Source of the DNA: Candidatus Omnitrophota bacterium
Lineage (GTDB): Bacteria > Omnitrophota > Gorgyraeia > S143-82
NCBI GenBank assembly: GCA_027034965.1
Contig: JALVWL010000169.1
Coordinates: forward strand, 1-34,228
DNA: 34,228 nucleotides
Reading direction: 5' to 3'
This document shows, piece after piece, positions 7,666 through 16,883 of this stretch; within the stretch, counting starts at the first letter, position 1; each line of letters begins with the position of its first letter. Made by a program: the position numbers and the translations under genes. A model generated the notes under the pieces. It made no database searches, was not told the DNA's origin, and worked only from the letters and a program-made list of their open reading frames with translations.

Positions 7666-8484
7666 CTACTTTGCCTCACCCTTCTTCCCCTTGTTTTTGA
7701 AGAAGAACCTGAACATATCGGCCCAGGAAAGGTTATCGGAAACCATATTCTTTATCAAAAATCGATACAATTCTTCAGGTGTTACTGCCATCTTCAAATG
7801 ACCGTTTATCGCCCAAGATATCGTCCCCATCTCTTCGGATACAATGATACACAGGGCATCTGTCTCTTCTGAGATACCTATTCCTGCCCTATGCCTTGTC
7901 CCCCTTACATCAGGATGCCTTTCACTGTCTGTCAGTGGAAAGAGACACGCAGAGGCAACTATCCTATCCTCTTTGATAATAACCCCACCATCGTGGAGGG
8001 GACTCCCAGGATAGAATATTGTCTCCAGGAGCTCTGGTGATACAATTGCATCTAATTTTATTCCACTATCGCTATATCCCTTTAATCCTATGCTCTTCTG
8101 TATGGCTATAAGTGCACCCACCTTTTTCTCGGCCAGACGAGTAACCGCTATGGTAATATCCCTTGCCACTCGCTCTATCTCTTTTCTATCGAGGGCAAAT
8201 TTTCCCCAGAAAGGACTCTGCCCAAGGCGAGCCAGCCCCTGACGGAGCTCCGGCTGGAATAAAATGACAAAGACAACAATAGAGATACCGAAGACCTTGC
8301 TTAACAGCCAGTTTAATGTATAAAGCCCCAGCCAATTGGACAATATAAAAAATACTGCCAAAATAACAATGCCGCGAATGACATAGAAGGCACGCGTCCC
8401 TTCGAGAAACTGCATTATCCTATAGAAGAGATACCAAAGGATGCCTATTTCAACAATGGCACGGACTATTGTTATCTTCTCCAT
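7666..8484 (-). CDS. cdaA: Diadenylate cyclase CdaA (membrane-anchored DisA_N/DAC domain)
   Basis: Three N-terminal TM helices are followed by GALIAIQ, PLHDGGVII and RGTRHRAGIGISEETDALCIIVSEE motifs. Confidence 0.88.
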   Translation of the reverse strand: MEKITIVRAIVEIGILWYLFYRIMQFLEGTRAFYVIRGIVILAVFFILSNWLGLYTLNWLLSKVFGISIVVFVILFQPELRQGLARLGQSPFWGKFALDRKEIERVARDITIAVTRLAEKKVGALIAIQKSIGLKGYSDSGIKLDAIVSPELLETIFYPGSPLHDGGVIIKEDRIVASACLFPLTDSERHPDVRGTRHRAGIGISEETDALCIIVSEEMGTISWAINGHLKMAVTPEELYRFLIKNMVSDNLSWADMFRFFFKNKGKKGEAK

Positions 8485-9392
8485 ATATACTCCAATAGGG
8501 CCTTTTGAACGTGCATCCTGTTTTCTGCCTGATCGAACACCACAGAACGCGGTCCATCTATAACCTCATCTGTTATCTCTTGTCCTCGATGGGCAGGCAA
8601 ACAATGCATTACTACAGGATTACCTAGCCTCTCGAGCATAGAAGAATTTAGCTGGTATCCTTTGAAGTCTTTTAGCTTCAACTCGGCTTGGGCCTCCTGC
8701 CCCATACTGACCCATACATCGGTATAGACAACATCATAAGTGCCAAGACTATCAAAATTATCCAGGACCTCAAAAACAACCCGGCCGTTATATCTGAGGG
8801 ATAAATCAGAGGCCTTATCCAGAACTTCTCTTGCCGGCCTCTGGGTCTTAGGCGTAACGACATCGAGCTTAAAGCCAAAAATAGATGAGGCCAGCAACAA
8901 TGAATTCAAGACATTATTCCCGTCTCCGATAAAACAGACCCTAACTCTATCTAGGGACTCAAATCTCTCCCAAATCGTAAACACGTCTGCTAGGGCCTGA
9001 CAGGGATGGAACTCGTCAGTAAGGGCATTTATTACAGGAACGGTTGCATTATCCGCAAATTCCACCAGGTTTTTGTGGGCAAAGGTTCGCACCACTACTC
9101 CATGAACATAACGACTCACTGTCCTTGCCACATCACAAATGGCCTCTCTCTTGCCAAGTCCAACCTCGCCTGGTCCCATAAATATGGAGTTTCCATTTAA
9201 TTCCAGTATTGCTGTCTCAAAGGAAAGCCTGGTCCTAGTAGAGGGCTTTTCAAATATAAGGGCTATTATCTTCCCTGACAGAACATCCAATCGGCTTATA
9301 CCCTGTGTCCTGAGTTCTTTTAATGATTTCGCTCGCCTTAAGATCTCCCACAGGCTATCTTTATCTATATCACTGAGTGTTAGAAAATTCAT
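8472..9392 (-). CDS. argF: Ornithine carbamoyltransferase
   Basis: The sequence has the STRTRLSFE carbamoyl-phosphate motif, HPCQALAD and HCLPAHRGQE. The protein is 306 aa. Confidence 0.92.
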   Translation of the reverse strand: MNFLTLSDIDKDSLWEILRRAKSLKELRTQGISRLDVLSGKIIALIFEKPSTRTRLSFETAILELNGNSIFMGPGEVGLGKREAICDVARTVSRYVHGVVVRTFAHKNLVEFADNATVPVINALTDEFHPCQALADVFTIWERFESLDRVRVCFIGDGNNVLNSLLLASSIFGFKLDVVTPKTQRPAREVLDKASDLSLRYNGRVVFEVLDNFDSLGTYDVVYTDVWVSMGQEAQAELKLKDFKGYQLNSSMLERLGNPVVMHCLPAHRGQEITDEVIDGPRSVVFDQAENRMHVQKALLEYIWRR

Positions 9393-10572
9393 CCTCTAAT
9401 ATCTCCTCCAATATGGACAATCCTTTTTTCAAATACTTAGGTTCAATATTAAGTGCCGGCATTATCCTGAGGATATTGCTATGCGTGCAGTTCACCAATA
9501 CCCCTCTTAATAAAGCCGTCTCAACTATCCTGCGGCAAGGACAACTAAGTTCTATACCAAACATATAACCCTTGCCCCGAACATCCATCACCCTATCCGG
9601 CCATCTCTTCTTCCATCCCCGGAAACGCTCCATCAACTCTTCAGAAGTCTTCTGAACCTTTGAAAGGAGGTGATGACGCTGAATAGCCTTAAAGACAGCA
9701 ATTCCTGCCTTACAAACAAGTGGTCCACCACCAAATGTGGATGCGTGCATACCTGGTTTAAAAGAGTCAGCAATCTCATCCTTCGCTACCATTGCACCTA
9801 TTGGCACACCACCGCCAAGGCCCTTTGCCAGGGTCATTATATCTGGCTCTACTCCATAATGCTGGAAACAATACCATTTCCCAGTACGACCGATACCGGT
9901 CTGCACCTCGTCAAATATAAGCAAGATATTATTATCATCGCACAGTCTGCGCAAGGCCTTTACATAATCCAGGTCCGCTACATTGACCCCACCTTCACCC
10001 TGGATGAGTTCGAGTATAATCGCCGCGGTCTCAGGGCCAATAGCCTTTTCAACTGCTGAAATATCATTGAATTTTACACGCTTTACATTGGGAAGTAGTG
10101 GAGTAAATCCCTCTTGATAAATGTCCTGTCCTGTAAGTGAAAGTGCTCCAGTTGTGCGGCCGTGGAATGAGTTCTCCATTGTTATTATCTCTCTCTTGCC
10201 CTTATCCTGACCCCAGGCCTTTGCCAGCTTTAATGCCGCTTCAACCGCCTCTGCACCAGAATTGCAAAAGAATACCTTTGCAGAGAATCCTAGTCTCATT
10301 ACTATTTCCCTCGCGAGTTTTGCCTGGGTAATATGATAGAAATTGTTCGGGAGGTGGATAAGGCGAGCAGCCTGATACCTGATGGCATTTACAACTGATG
10401 AAGGACAATGCCCTAAAACAGATACTCCCCATCCCGGGAATAAATCTATATATTCCTTATTATCTATATCCCATAGACGCGAACCCTTGCCCTTTACAAA
10501 GATGACAGGGCTGCGTGTATATGTATTCATTATATAACGAGTATAAAAATCAAAGACATCTTGTTTTTTCAT
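9370..10572 (-). CDS. argD: Acetylornithine aminotransferase (class III PLP aminotransferase)
   Basis: Motifs seen are FCNSGAEAVEAALKLA, DEVQTGIGRTGK and TLAKGLGGG (PLP lysine). The gene is adjacent to argF. Confidence 0.85.
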   Translation of the reverse strand: MKKQDVFDFYTRYIMNTYTRSPVIFVKGKGSRLWDIDNKEYIDLFPGWGVSVLGHCPSSVVNAIRYQAARLIHLPNNFYHITQAKLAREIVMRLGFSAKVFFCNSGAEAVEAALKLAKAWGQDKGKREIITMENSFHGRTTGALSLTGQDIYQEGFTPLLPNVKRVKFNDISAVEKAIGPETAAIILELIQGEGGVNVADLDYVKALRRLCDDNNILLIFDEVQTGIGRTGKWYCFQHYGVEPDIMTLAKGLGGGVPIGAMVAKDEIADSFKPGMHASTFGGGPLVCKAGIAVFKAIQRHHLLSKVQKTSEELMERFRGWKKRWPDRVMDVRGKGYMFGIELSCPCRRIVETALLRGVLVNCTHSNILRIMPALNIEPKYLKKGLSILEEILEDEFSNTQ

Positions 10573-10617
10573 AATAACCTTTCACTTATTATAGAAATAA
10601 AAGAAATGTAGCCGTCT

Positions 10618-11226
10618 CTAAAAGAAAGATTTTACCATATCCCAGGCCACAAAGTCACAAAAAATATCTATATTGAGTTTAATGCGTTCCCAGCCCAATG
10701 GAAGCTTGCTCCATTCAAAACGAGAGGCATACTGTTTCATAGAGGCAATAATGTAAATATCTTCTGGATCATAGGATTTATGGCCACTGCAGATATAGTT
10801 ATTGACATTGACCATAGGATAGAGGGTTGCATCTATTGTTATTCGGAATGGATTTTCTGAATAATCAGAGAGATATCCTATAACTATACCATTGACCCCT
10901 AGTTTATCCCCGACCATAGCTGCCTTTTCTACATCCAGAATAGGGCTATCTTTATCAACAAAACGATAAACTATCTCTGGATGGACAACAAATACCCCCC
11001 TATGGGGTATAAGGTAATCTATAAAGGCCCTGTAGATCTTCTCCCGAACATCGTCGGGAACTGAACTATCTGAACCAAATGGGAGTACAGCGATGTGGGT
11101 AATCTCGTAATTTACATCTGGCGCCGTTGGCAAGGGTAGGGATTGATCCATCTTCTCCCGAACACACCCCCCTAGAATATTGAGACCCAACACACAGATA
11201 ACAAGGACTAGCAGGCGCCTAACCAT
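10618..11226 (-). CDS. Lipoprotein of unknown function, the last gene of the chemosensory cluster
   Basis: The signal peptide has a lipobox (LNILGG-C). An IAVLPFGSDS segment is reminiscent of LpoB/FlgO/TolB-N-like lipoproteins. The start overlaps the cheY stop by 8 nt. Confidence 0.5.
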   Translation of the reverse strand: MVRRLLVLVICVLGLNILGGCVREKMDQSLPLPTAPDVNYEITHIAVLPFGSDSSVPDDVREKIYRAFIDYLIPHRGVFVVHPEIVYRFVDKDSPILDVEKAAMVGDKLGVNGIVIGYLSDYSENPFRITIDATLYPMVNVNNYICSGHKSYDPEDIYIIASMKQYASRFEWSKLPLGWERIKLNIDIFCDFVAWDMVKSFF

Positions 11227-11587
11227 TCAATACCTTTTCTATTTTCTCTTTCAAGATATCTGGGGTAAAAGGTTTCACTATATAGTCATTAACTCCCAAC
11301 TGTAAGGCTTCCATGACCTCATTTTTCTCTGCCTCTGTAGTTACCATAATAATGGGAACCGTACCGAATTTGTCAGATGCCCGTATAGACTTCACCAGAG
11401 TGATACCGTCCATCTCAGGCATATTCCAGTCAGTGAGGACGAGGATAATATCTCCTTCCTTTAGTTTTGTAAGGGCATCTATACCATTTTCAGCTTCAAT
11501 CACCTCTGAATACCCTATCTTTTCCAGGGTATTTTTTATTATTCTCCTAATTGTTGCGGAATCATCTACTACTAATATCTTTGGCAT
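11219..11587 (-). CDS. cheY: Single-domain response regulator CheY
   Basis: This 122-aa protein has ILVVDDS, the phospho-acceptor context LVLTDWNMPEMDG and DYIVKPF. Confidence 0.88.
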   Translation of the reverse strand: MPKILVVDDSATIRRIIKNTLEKIGYSEVIEAENGIDALTKLKEGDIILVLTDWNMPEMDGITLVKSIRASDKFGTVPIIMVTTEAEKNEVMEALQLGVNDYIVKPFTPDILKEKIEKVLNG

Positions 11588-12437
11588 AATCTCTAACCTC
11601 CGTTATCCTGACTCCAAAATTTTCCCCCACTGTAACCACCTGTGCCCTGGCTATCACCCTGTCTTTCATTGTAACATCCACTGGTTGAGAAATGTATTGA
11701 GGAAATTCAATAACCGCCCCTGGGCCTAACTCCCACAAATCAGAAAACAACATCTTCTTACGGGCTAATCTAACCCGCACCTCTGCCATTATATCAGGAA
11801 CCTTAATCAAATCATCGCTTTTTTTCTTCTCTTCCTTTGACTCCTGTTTTGCCTTCTCTTCAAATTCCTGCAGCTGGGCATCTATCTCACCCAGCATATC
11901 CGCTGCAAGGCTATTAGCTAGATCAACAGAAAGCATATGCCAAAAAAGGGAATTGACCTGTCCATCATTTAACTTAAATTGCATCTCAACTAACACAAGT
12001 TCATCACCCAATTCATTGGGCGGCTCTTTTGAAACTGCATAAGGAGAGCAGGTTATCTTCTTATTCATAATAAGCATCGCAAGACTATCTCCTATTGCCT
12101 GGGCTACCTGTTCCCCTACTTTCATGAGTCCTTGCTCTAGATCGAGCTCTTGGCCAATAGACTGGGAAAGTCTCTCAATAAGCAGTGCTATATCAGACTC
12201 AGAAAATACTAAAGCAAAACTTTGGTCATAACCTTCATCATACTTGAATAAAAGGAAGACTTTATCCTTGACAGATATAGAATCCAAGGCTAACTTGAAA
12301 TCAGTCTCAACGGCCTTCGGTTTTATCATCTTTACCTGGATTCCAGCCAACTTTTCCAGATTTACAGCCGCTGCACCAAGGGTAATGTTATCTATTTCGC
12401 AGACTGCATCGAGATGTTCTGGCGATACCTTAGGCAT
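11562..12437 (-). CDS. CheC-like phosphatase domain fused to a FliN/SpoA C-terminal domain (FliY-like)
   Basis: The N-terminus matches the CheC active-site pattern D-x3-E-x2-N-x22-P exactly (D10, E14, N17, P40). The C-terminal 70 aa, EVRVRLARKKMLFSDLWELGPGAVIEF...VGENFGVRITEV, is FliN/FliM_C-like. Confidence 0.7.
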   Translation of the reverse strand: MPKVSPEHLDAVCEIDNITLGAAAVNLEKLAGIQVKMIKPKAVETDFKLALDSISVKDKVFLLFKYDEGYDQSFALVFSESDIALLIERLSQSIGQELDLEQGLMKVGEQVAQAIGDSLAMLIMNKKITCSPYAVSKEPPNELGDELVLVEMQFKLNDGQVNSLFWHMLSVDLANSLAADMLGEIDAQLQEFEEKAKQESKEEKKKSDDLIKVPDIMAEVRVRLARKKMLFSDLWELGPGAVIEFPQYISQPVDVTMKDRVIARAQVVTVGENFGVRITEVRDYAKDISSR

Positions 12438-12823
12438 TATTTTTTCCTCTTCAGCTTTCGCAAGACATATTCTAATATATCTTCTTGATGCTTACTGTAT
12501 ATGTCGACAAATTTCACTGCTATACAGTGTTCTCCATTGGTATTTTGCCACTGCCTAACAATCTTTGCCAGAGAGGTAACAGGACCAAATACCTTCCTTA
12601 TAGGTAAGGCCTTATGATAATCCGGAATATTGATTTCTATTTTCAGGACATCTTCTTTATCGAGCTGGCCATCTGCTACAAAGGCCACGCCTCCTGCACT
12701 TATATCTATAATCCTGGCCTCCTTCATTCCACCTATCATAGGTATCTGAAGGACTTGATATCTCAACTTTAATCCTGAGGTTACCCTGCTATACTTGCGT
12801 CTTTCCTGGGCCGATATGGACAC
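12437..12823 (-). CDS. Stand-alone PilZ domain protein (predicted c-di-GMP receptor)
   Basis: RxxxR (RKYSR) and DxSxxG (DISAGG) motifs are both present in this 128-aa protein. The start is a GTG 5 nt after GGAGGG, and the stop overlaps the next start (TAATG). Confidence 0.75.
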   Translation of the reverse strand: MSISAQERRKYSRVTSGLKLRYQVLQIPMIGGMKEARIIDISAGGVAFVADGQLDKEDVLKIEINIPDYHKALPIRKVFGPVTSLAKIVRQWQNTNGEHCIAVKFVDIYSKHQEDILEYVLRKLKRKK

Positions 12824-12825
12824 AA

Positions 12826-14736
12826 CTACCCTCCATAGGCTGTTGCCACCCTCCTGACACTATGTGCTGACAATTGCATAATCCCCGCCACATCGAGGAT
12901 CAAACACACCCGCCCATCGCCCATAATAGTCGCACCAGCTATACCTGGAACATTCGTTAAATACCCACCTAGCGATTTGATAACCACCTCCTGCTGACCT
13001 AACAGATCCGAAACAAGTAAGCCAATTCTCTGCTCAACTAATCCTATTATAACAACATACCTCCTGGATGTATCCTCTATTTTTTCTGGCTCACCAAATA
13101 CCTCTTCCAGGCACAATAGAGGGATGACCATATCTCGAATACGCACAACTGCCTGTTGATCTATTGTGTAGATATGGCCTTCTTCCAGGTGGACTATCTC
13201 CTGAACAGAAGCCAGAGGGATAGCATATATATCCTTATTAGAACTCACCATCAAGGCCTGGATAATTGCCAAGGTCAGAGGGAGTTTTATACGCAAGGTA
13301 GTTCCCTTTCCTACCTCTGTATCCATCTCTATAATACCGTTCAGCTTCTCTATATTTGTCTTGACAACATCCATCCCAACGCCCCGTCCAGATATATCGG
13401 TTATCTTCTCAGCTGTTGAAAAACCAGGGGCAAATATTAGATTCAATATATCTCTCTCACCCATATGTTGTAGATCAGATTCCTTTATCAGACCCTTTTC
13501 TATTGCCTTGGCAGCTATCTTTTCTATATCTATCCCCTTACCATCATCCGCCACTTCGATAACTATATGGTCCCCCTCTTGATAAGCAGACAGAATTATA
13601 GTCCCCCGCCTGGGCTTCCCCTTCTTTTCTCTTTCCTCAGGTGCCTCTATCCCATGATCAACCGCATTCCTCAATATATGTATCAGGGGATCTCCAATGT
13701 GCTCAATAACTGATTTATCAAGCTCCGTTTCCTCACCATGGATTATCAAATCAACTTCCTTCTTCATCTCCCTACAGAGGTCTCTTACCATCCTTGGAAA
13801 CTTATTAAATACCCGTTGCACCGGCAACATCCTGGTCTTCATAACAGACAGCTGCATCTCAGTGGTAACAAAACCCAATTGAACCAGAGCATTATTGAAG
13901 GTATCTATCAGGGCAGTATCTGAGACTTCTGCATCTATTTTCTCTGCCAGCTGGCCTAATCTATTCCTAACCAATACAAGCTCCCCAACCAGATTCATCA
14001 AGGCATCCAACCTTTTAACATCTACTCTAATAGTCTCCTCAATAGAATGAGTAGTCACTGGCTTCCTGGGCTGAACTTTAGGAGAGGCCGCTTGCTTCTG
14101 AATCTCCTGGGTCTTTTCCCCTTGAGTCTTAGTTTCAACCTTAGGCGTATCTGCTAGCTTTTCTGCAAGAATATCACTTGATTCCTTTTCTCCTTTGGAA
14201 ATACTATCTGTTGTCTCGGTCTCTTCCTTTGTCTTTTCTCCTGAAGATGTCTCAATATTTTCGGGTTCGGATATTTCTTTCTTCTCCTCATTACTAGTTT
14301 CAGCGGCTACTGTCTCTTTTCTTTCTTCCTTTGATTCAGATATACCAGACTCTCCTCCTTCCTCTCCGGACAATATAGCCTTTAATTTGGCCTCTGTTTC
14401 AGAGGTATCTACTGATCCTGACCCACCTTCTTTGACCTCATCCAAAAGTAATTTTAGTTTATCAACAGATTCAAGAATGACATCCATTATAGTAGGATTG
14501 ACTACCATTTCACCCTTGCGCAGCTTATTTAAGACATCTTCCATATGGTGCGTAAGTTGAGAGATTTGAGTAAAACCAAGGAACCCAGAACTTCCCTTTA
14601 TTGTATGCGCTGCTCTGAAAATCCTATTCAAAAGATCCAAATCGTCAGGCCGCTCCTCGAGGGTAACCAGATCTGAGTCCAGCTGTTCCAGAAGTTCGGC
14701 TGATTCCACCAAAAATTCCTGGATTATTTCATCCAT
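12826..14736 (-). CDS. cheA: Chemotaxis histidine kinase CheA (P1-linker-P3-P4-P5, no recognisable P2)
   Basis: The Hpt site is RAAHTIKGSSGFLG. The HATPase region includes HILRNAVDHGIE and DDGKGID. The C-terminus is CheW-like. A roughly 120-aa E/K/S/T-rich linker replaces P2. Confidence 0.9.
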   Translation of the reverse strand: MDEIIQEFLVESAELLEQLDSDLVTLEERPDDLDLLNRIFRAAHTIKGSSGFLGFTQISQLTHHMEDVLNKLRKGEMVVNPTIMDVILESVDKLKLLLDEVKEGGSGSVDTSETEAKLKAILSGEEGGESGISESKEERKETVAAETSNEEKKEISEPENIETSSGEKTKEETETTDSISKGEKESSDILAEKLADTPKVETKTQGEKTQEIQKQAASPKVQPRKPVTTHSIEETIRVDVKRLDALMNLVGELVLVRNRLGQLAEKIDAEVSDTALIDTFNNALVQLGFVTTEMQLSVMKTRMLPVQRVFNKFPRMVRDLCREMKKEVDLIIHGEETELDKSVIEHIGDPLIHILRNAVDHGIEAPEEREKKGKPRRGTIILSAYQEGDHIVIEVADDGKGIDIEKIAAKAIEKGLIKESDLQHMGERDILNLIFAPGFSTAEKITDISGRGVGMDVVKTNIEKLNGIIEMDTEVGKGTTLRIKLPLTLAIIQALMVSSNKDIYAIPLASVQEIVHLEEGHIYTIDQQAVVRIRDMVIPLLCLEEVFGEPEKIEDTSRRYVVIIGLVEQRIGLLVSDLLGQQEVVIKSLGGYLTNVPGIAGATIMGDGRVCLILDVAGIMQLSAHSVRRVATAYGG

Positions 14737-14748
14737 AGTTTATACCCC

Positions 14749-15123
14749 CTATTGGTCTTTGGCGCCCAATAAACTCCCTATCTTATACAATATCAACGAA
14801 GGCGGTGCAGGTTTCACCAAATAGACATTTGCACCTGCCTCAAATCCCCTTTTCTTATCTTCATCACTGCCCTCTGTCGTGAGCATAACTATAGGAATAT
14901 CTGTATAAAGCGGATCCTGACGAATGGTGCGAATGAGCTCCAGACCATTCATCCTTGGCATATTCAGATCAGCAATAATCAAGTCTATATCATTCTGAGC
15001 AAGTTTTTCCAAAGCATCCACCCCATCTACTGCCTCAACTGTCTCATAGTCTTCCTTCTTGAGAATATTTATTATCAGTTTCCTAACAGTAGATGAATCG
15101 TCTACTACTAATATCCTTGGCAT
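14749..15123 (-). CDS. Single-domain response regulator (CheY-like)
   Basis: This 124-aa protein has ILVVDDSS, LIIADLNMPRMNG and YLVKPA. Confidence 0.85.
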   Translation of the reverse strand: MPRILVVDDSSTVRKLIINILKKEDYETVEAVDGVDALEKLAQNDIDLIIADLNMPRMNGLELIRTIRQDPLYTDIPIVMLTTEGSDEDKKRGFEAGANVYLVKPAPPSLILYKIGSLLGAKDQ

Positions 15124-15135
15124 AACAGTCCTCCT

Positions 15136-15981
15136 TTACTCCTTTTTATATGCCAATGCCCCTGGGAAATGCACTATCTTAAATGCCCTGGTTATATCAT
15201 GTAAAGACTCAGAGTGGCCTATTATCAAATAACCATTCGGTCGCAACATATCATAAAAATAATTGACAACCTTCTTTTTGACAGGTGTGTCGAAATAAAT
15301 CATAACATTCCTGCAAAATATAACATCCTTCTTGGTAATCCTCCTCATCAAAGTATCATTAGTAAGATTAAGATGATAAAAACGCACCATCTTCTTTATC
15401 TCATCTTTGATGCGAAAATTATCCCCCTCCTTCACAAAATACTTATCCAAATAGGTAGGAGGAACATTCCTCAACGTATAACTATTATAAACACCTTCCC
15501 TTGCCTGAGATAGGGCAGCCTCGCTCAAGTCACCTGCCTCAATCATAACCTTCCAGTCCGGAGCCTTAGACTGAATAAACTCATTGCACACCATTGCAAG
15601 CGTATAAGGTTCTTCACCTGTAGAACAACCAGCACTCAATATGGTAATGGTCTTAAATGTCTGGCGATCAGGAAGAGTGGCTAACTCTGGCAATATATTA
15701 TCTTTAAAGGCATTAATTTGGGGCATATTTCTGAAAAAACTGGTTTCGTTTATGGTTATGGCATTGAAAAGATACTTAAGCTCTGTTTGATACTCCTTAG
15801 AGTACATTAAAAAATACGCATATTCATTGAAATCTCTAAAGCCCCTTTCTTTTATACGCTCTAATATCTTTGTCTCCATCAAATATTTTTTTTGATCTGA
15901 AAAGAAAATACCACTCTTCTCATATATAAAATCCCTTAAAGACTTAAATGTCTTATCATCCATCTTTTCTACCGTAGTCAC
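15136..15981 (-). CDS. cheR: Chemotaxis protein methyltransferase CheR
   Basis: The N-terminal helical domain (FKSLRDFIYEKSGIFF) is followed by ETSFFRN, ILSAGCSTGEEPY and IFCRNVMIYF. The start is a GTG 6 nt after AGGAG. Confidence 0.9.
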   Translation of the reverse strand: MTTVEKMDDKTFKSLRDFIYEKSGIFFSDQKKYLMETKILERIKERGFRDFNEYAYFLMYSKEYQTELKYLFNAITINETSFFRNMPQINAFKDNILPELATLPDRQTFKTITILSAGCSTGEEPYTLAMVCNEFIQSKAPDWKVMIEAGDLSEAALSQAREGVYNSYTLRNVPPTYLDKYFVKEGDNFRIKDEIKKMVRFYHLNLTNDTLMRRITKKDVIFCRNVMIYFDTPVKKKVVNYFYDMLRPNGYLIIGHSESLHDITRAFKIVHFPGALAYKKE

Positions 15982-15983
15982 TG

Positions 15984-16883
15984 TTAACTCCTGGTTATAT
16001 TAATAAATTCTCGCACCTTCTCTATCTCATCATCCAATTCATAAGTGAACTTTTCTATATCTATGTTGGCTAATTCTGGCTTTACCTTTTGGATCAAAAG
16101 CCAAGAAATATCCTCACTAAATACAAATCCCTTATTATCGCCACCAAACCCAATCTCCTTTGCCTTACAAAATAGATCCGCTACCCTAACTATACCAACT
16201 GTAAAGGGGGCCTTTTCTGCCTGTTCTGGTGTGTGGTGATAGGCAATTGCCTCCTGAATAGATATAGGCAGGTTCCACATCTGAGCCAGGACCAACCCAA
16301 CCTCTGCATGTGTAAAACCAAGGGCCTCTTTTTCCACATCGTAGATAGACCGATCTTCTTCTCTTGCCTTATTAAATATGTCAGTAAAGACATCATGGCG
16401 TTTCTCATCCAAAACAATCTTGCCTATATCGTGCAACAAGCCTCCGACAAAGACCTCCCCACCAAGCATAGGTTCGCCAAGTCTTTTCGCCAAAATCCTT
16501 GCGAAATGTCCACAGGCTGCAGAGTGTATCCAGAATTTCTCTCTGTCAAATGTCTCCTTTCCTGGTATATCAGGGAAGGCAGAGAAGACTGAAACACTCA
16601 TAATAAGATGACTGATCTCCCCCATTCCAAGGACGACCAGAGCCAGCTCAAGGGAATTGACCTGTTGTTTAAGACCATAAAAGGCAGAATTAGCCACCTT
16701 TAAGACTTTGGAAGTCAAAGACGGATCACCTTCTAATATCCGGGAGATATCCCGCACCGAGGCCCTGGAAGACATGGTAAGATCCATCACCTGCGCTGCT
16801 ACATGCGGCAGTGTTGGCAAAGAATCCAGATCTCCAATCAGGGATACAATTTTTTCTTTTATCTGATCATCTATTTCAGGCAT
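15984..16883 (-). CDS. HDOD domain protein
   Basis: Motifs seen are LPTLPHVAAQVMDL, DPSLTSKVLKVANSAFYG, LHDIGKIVL and FTHAEVG. Confidence 0.8.
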   Translation of the reverse strand: MPEIDDQIKEKIVSLIGDLDSLPTLPHVAAQVMDLTMSSRASVRDISRILEGDPSLTSKVLKVANSAFYGLKQQVNSLELALVVLGMGEISHLIMSVSVFSAFPDIPGKETFDREKFWIHSAACGHFARILAKRLGEPMLGGEVFVGGLLHDIGKIVLDEKRHDVFTDIFNKAREEDRSIYDVEKEALGFTHAEVGLVLAQMWNLPISIQEAIAYHHTPEQAEKAPFTVGIVRVADLFCKAKEIGFGGDNKGFVFSEDISWLLIQKVKPELANIDIEKFTYELDDEIEKVREFINITRS

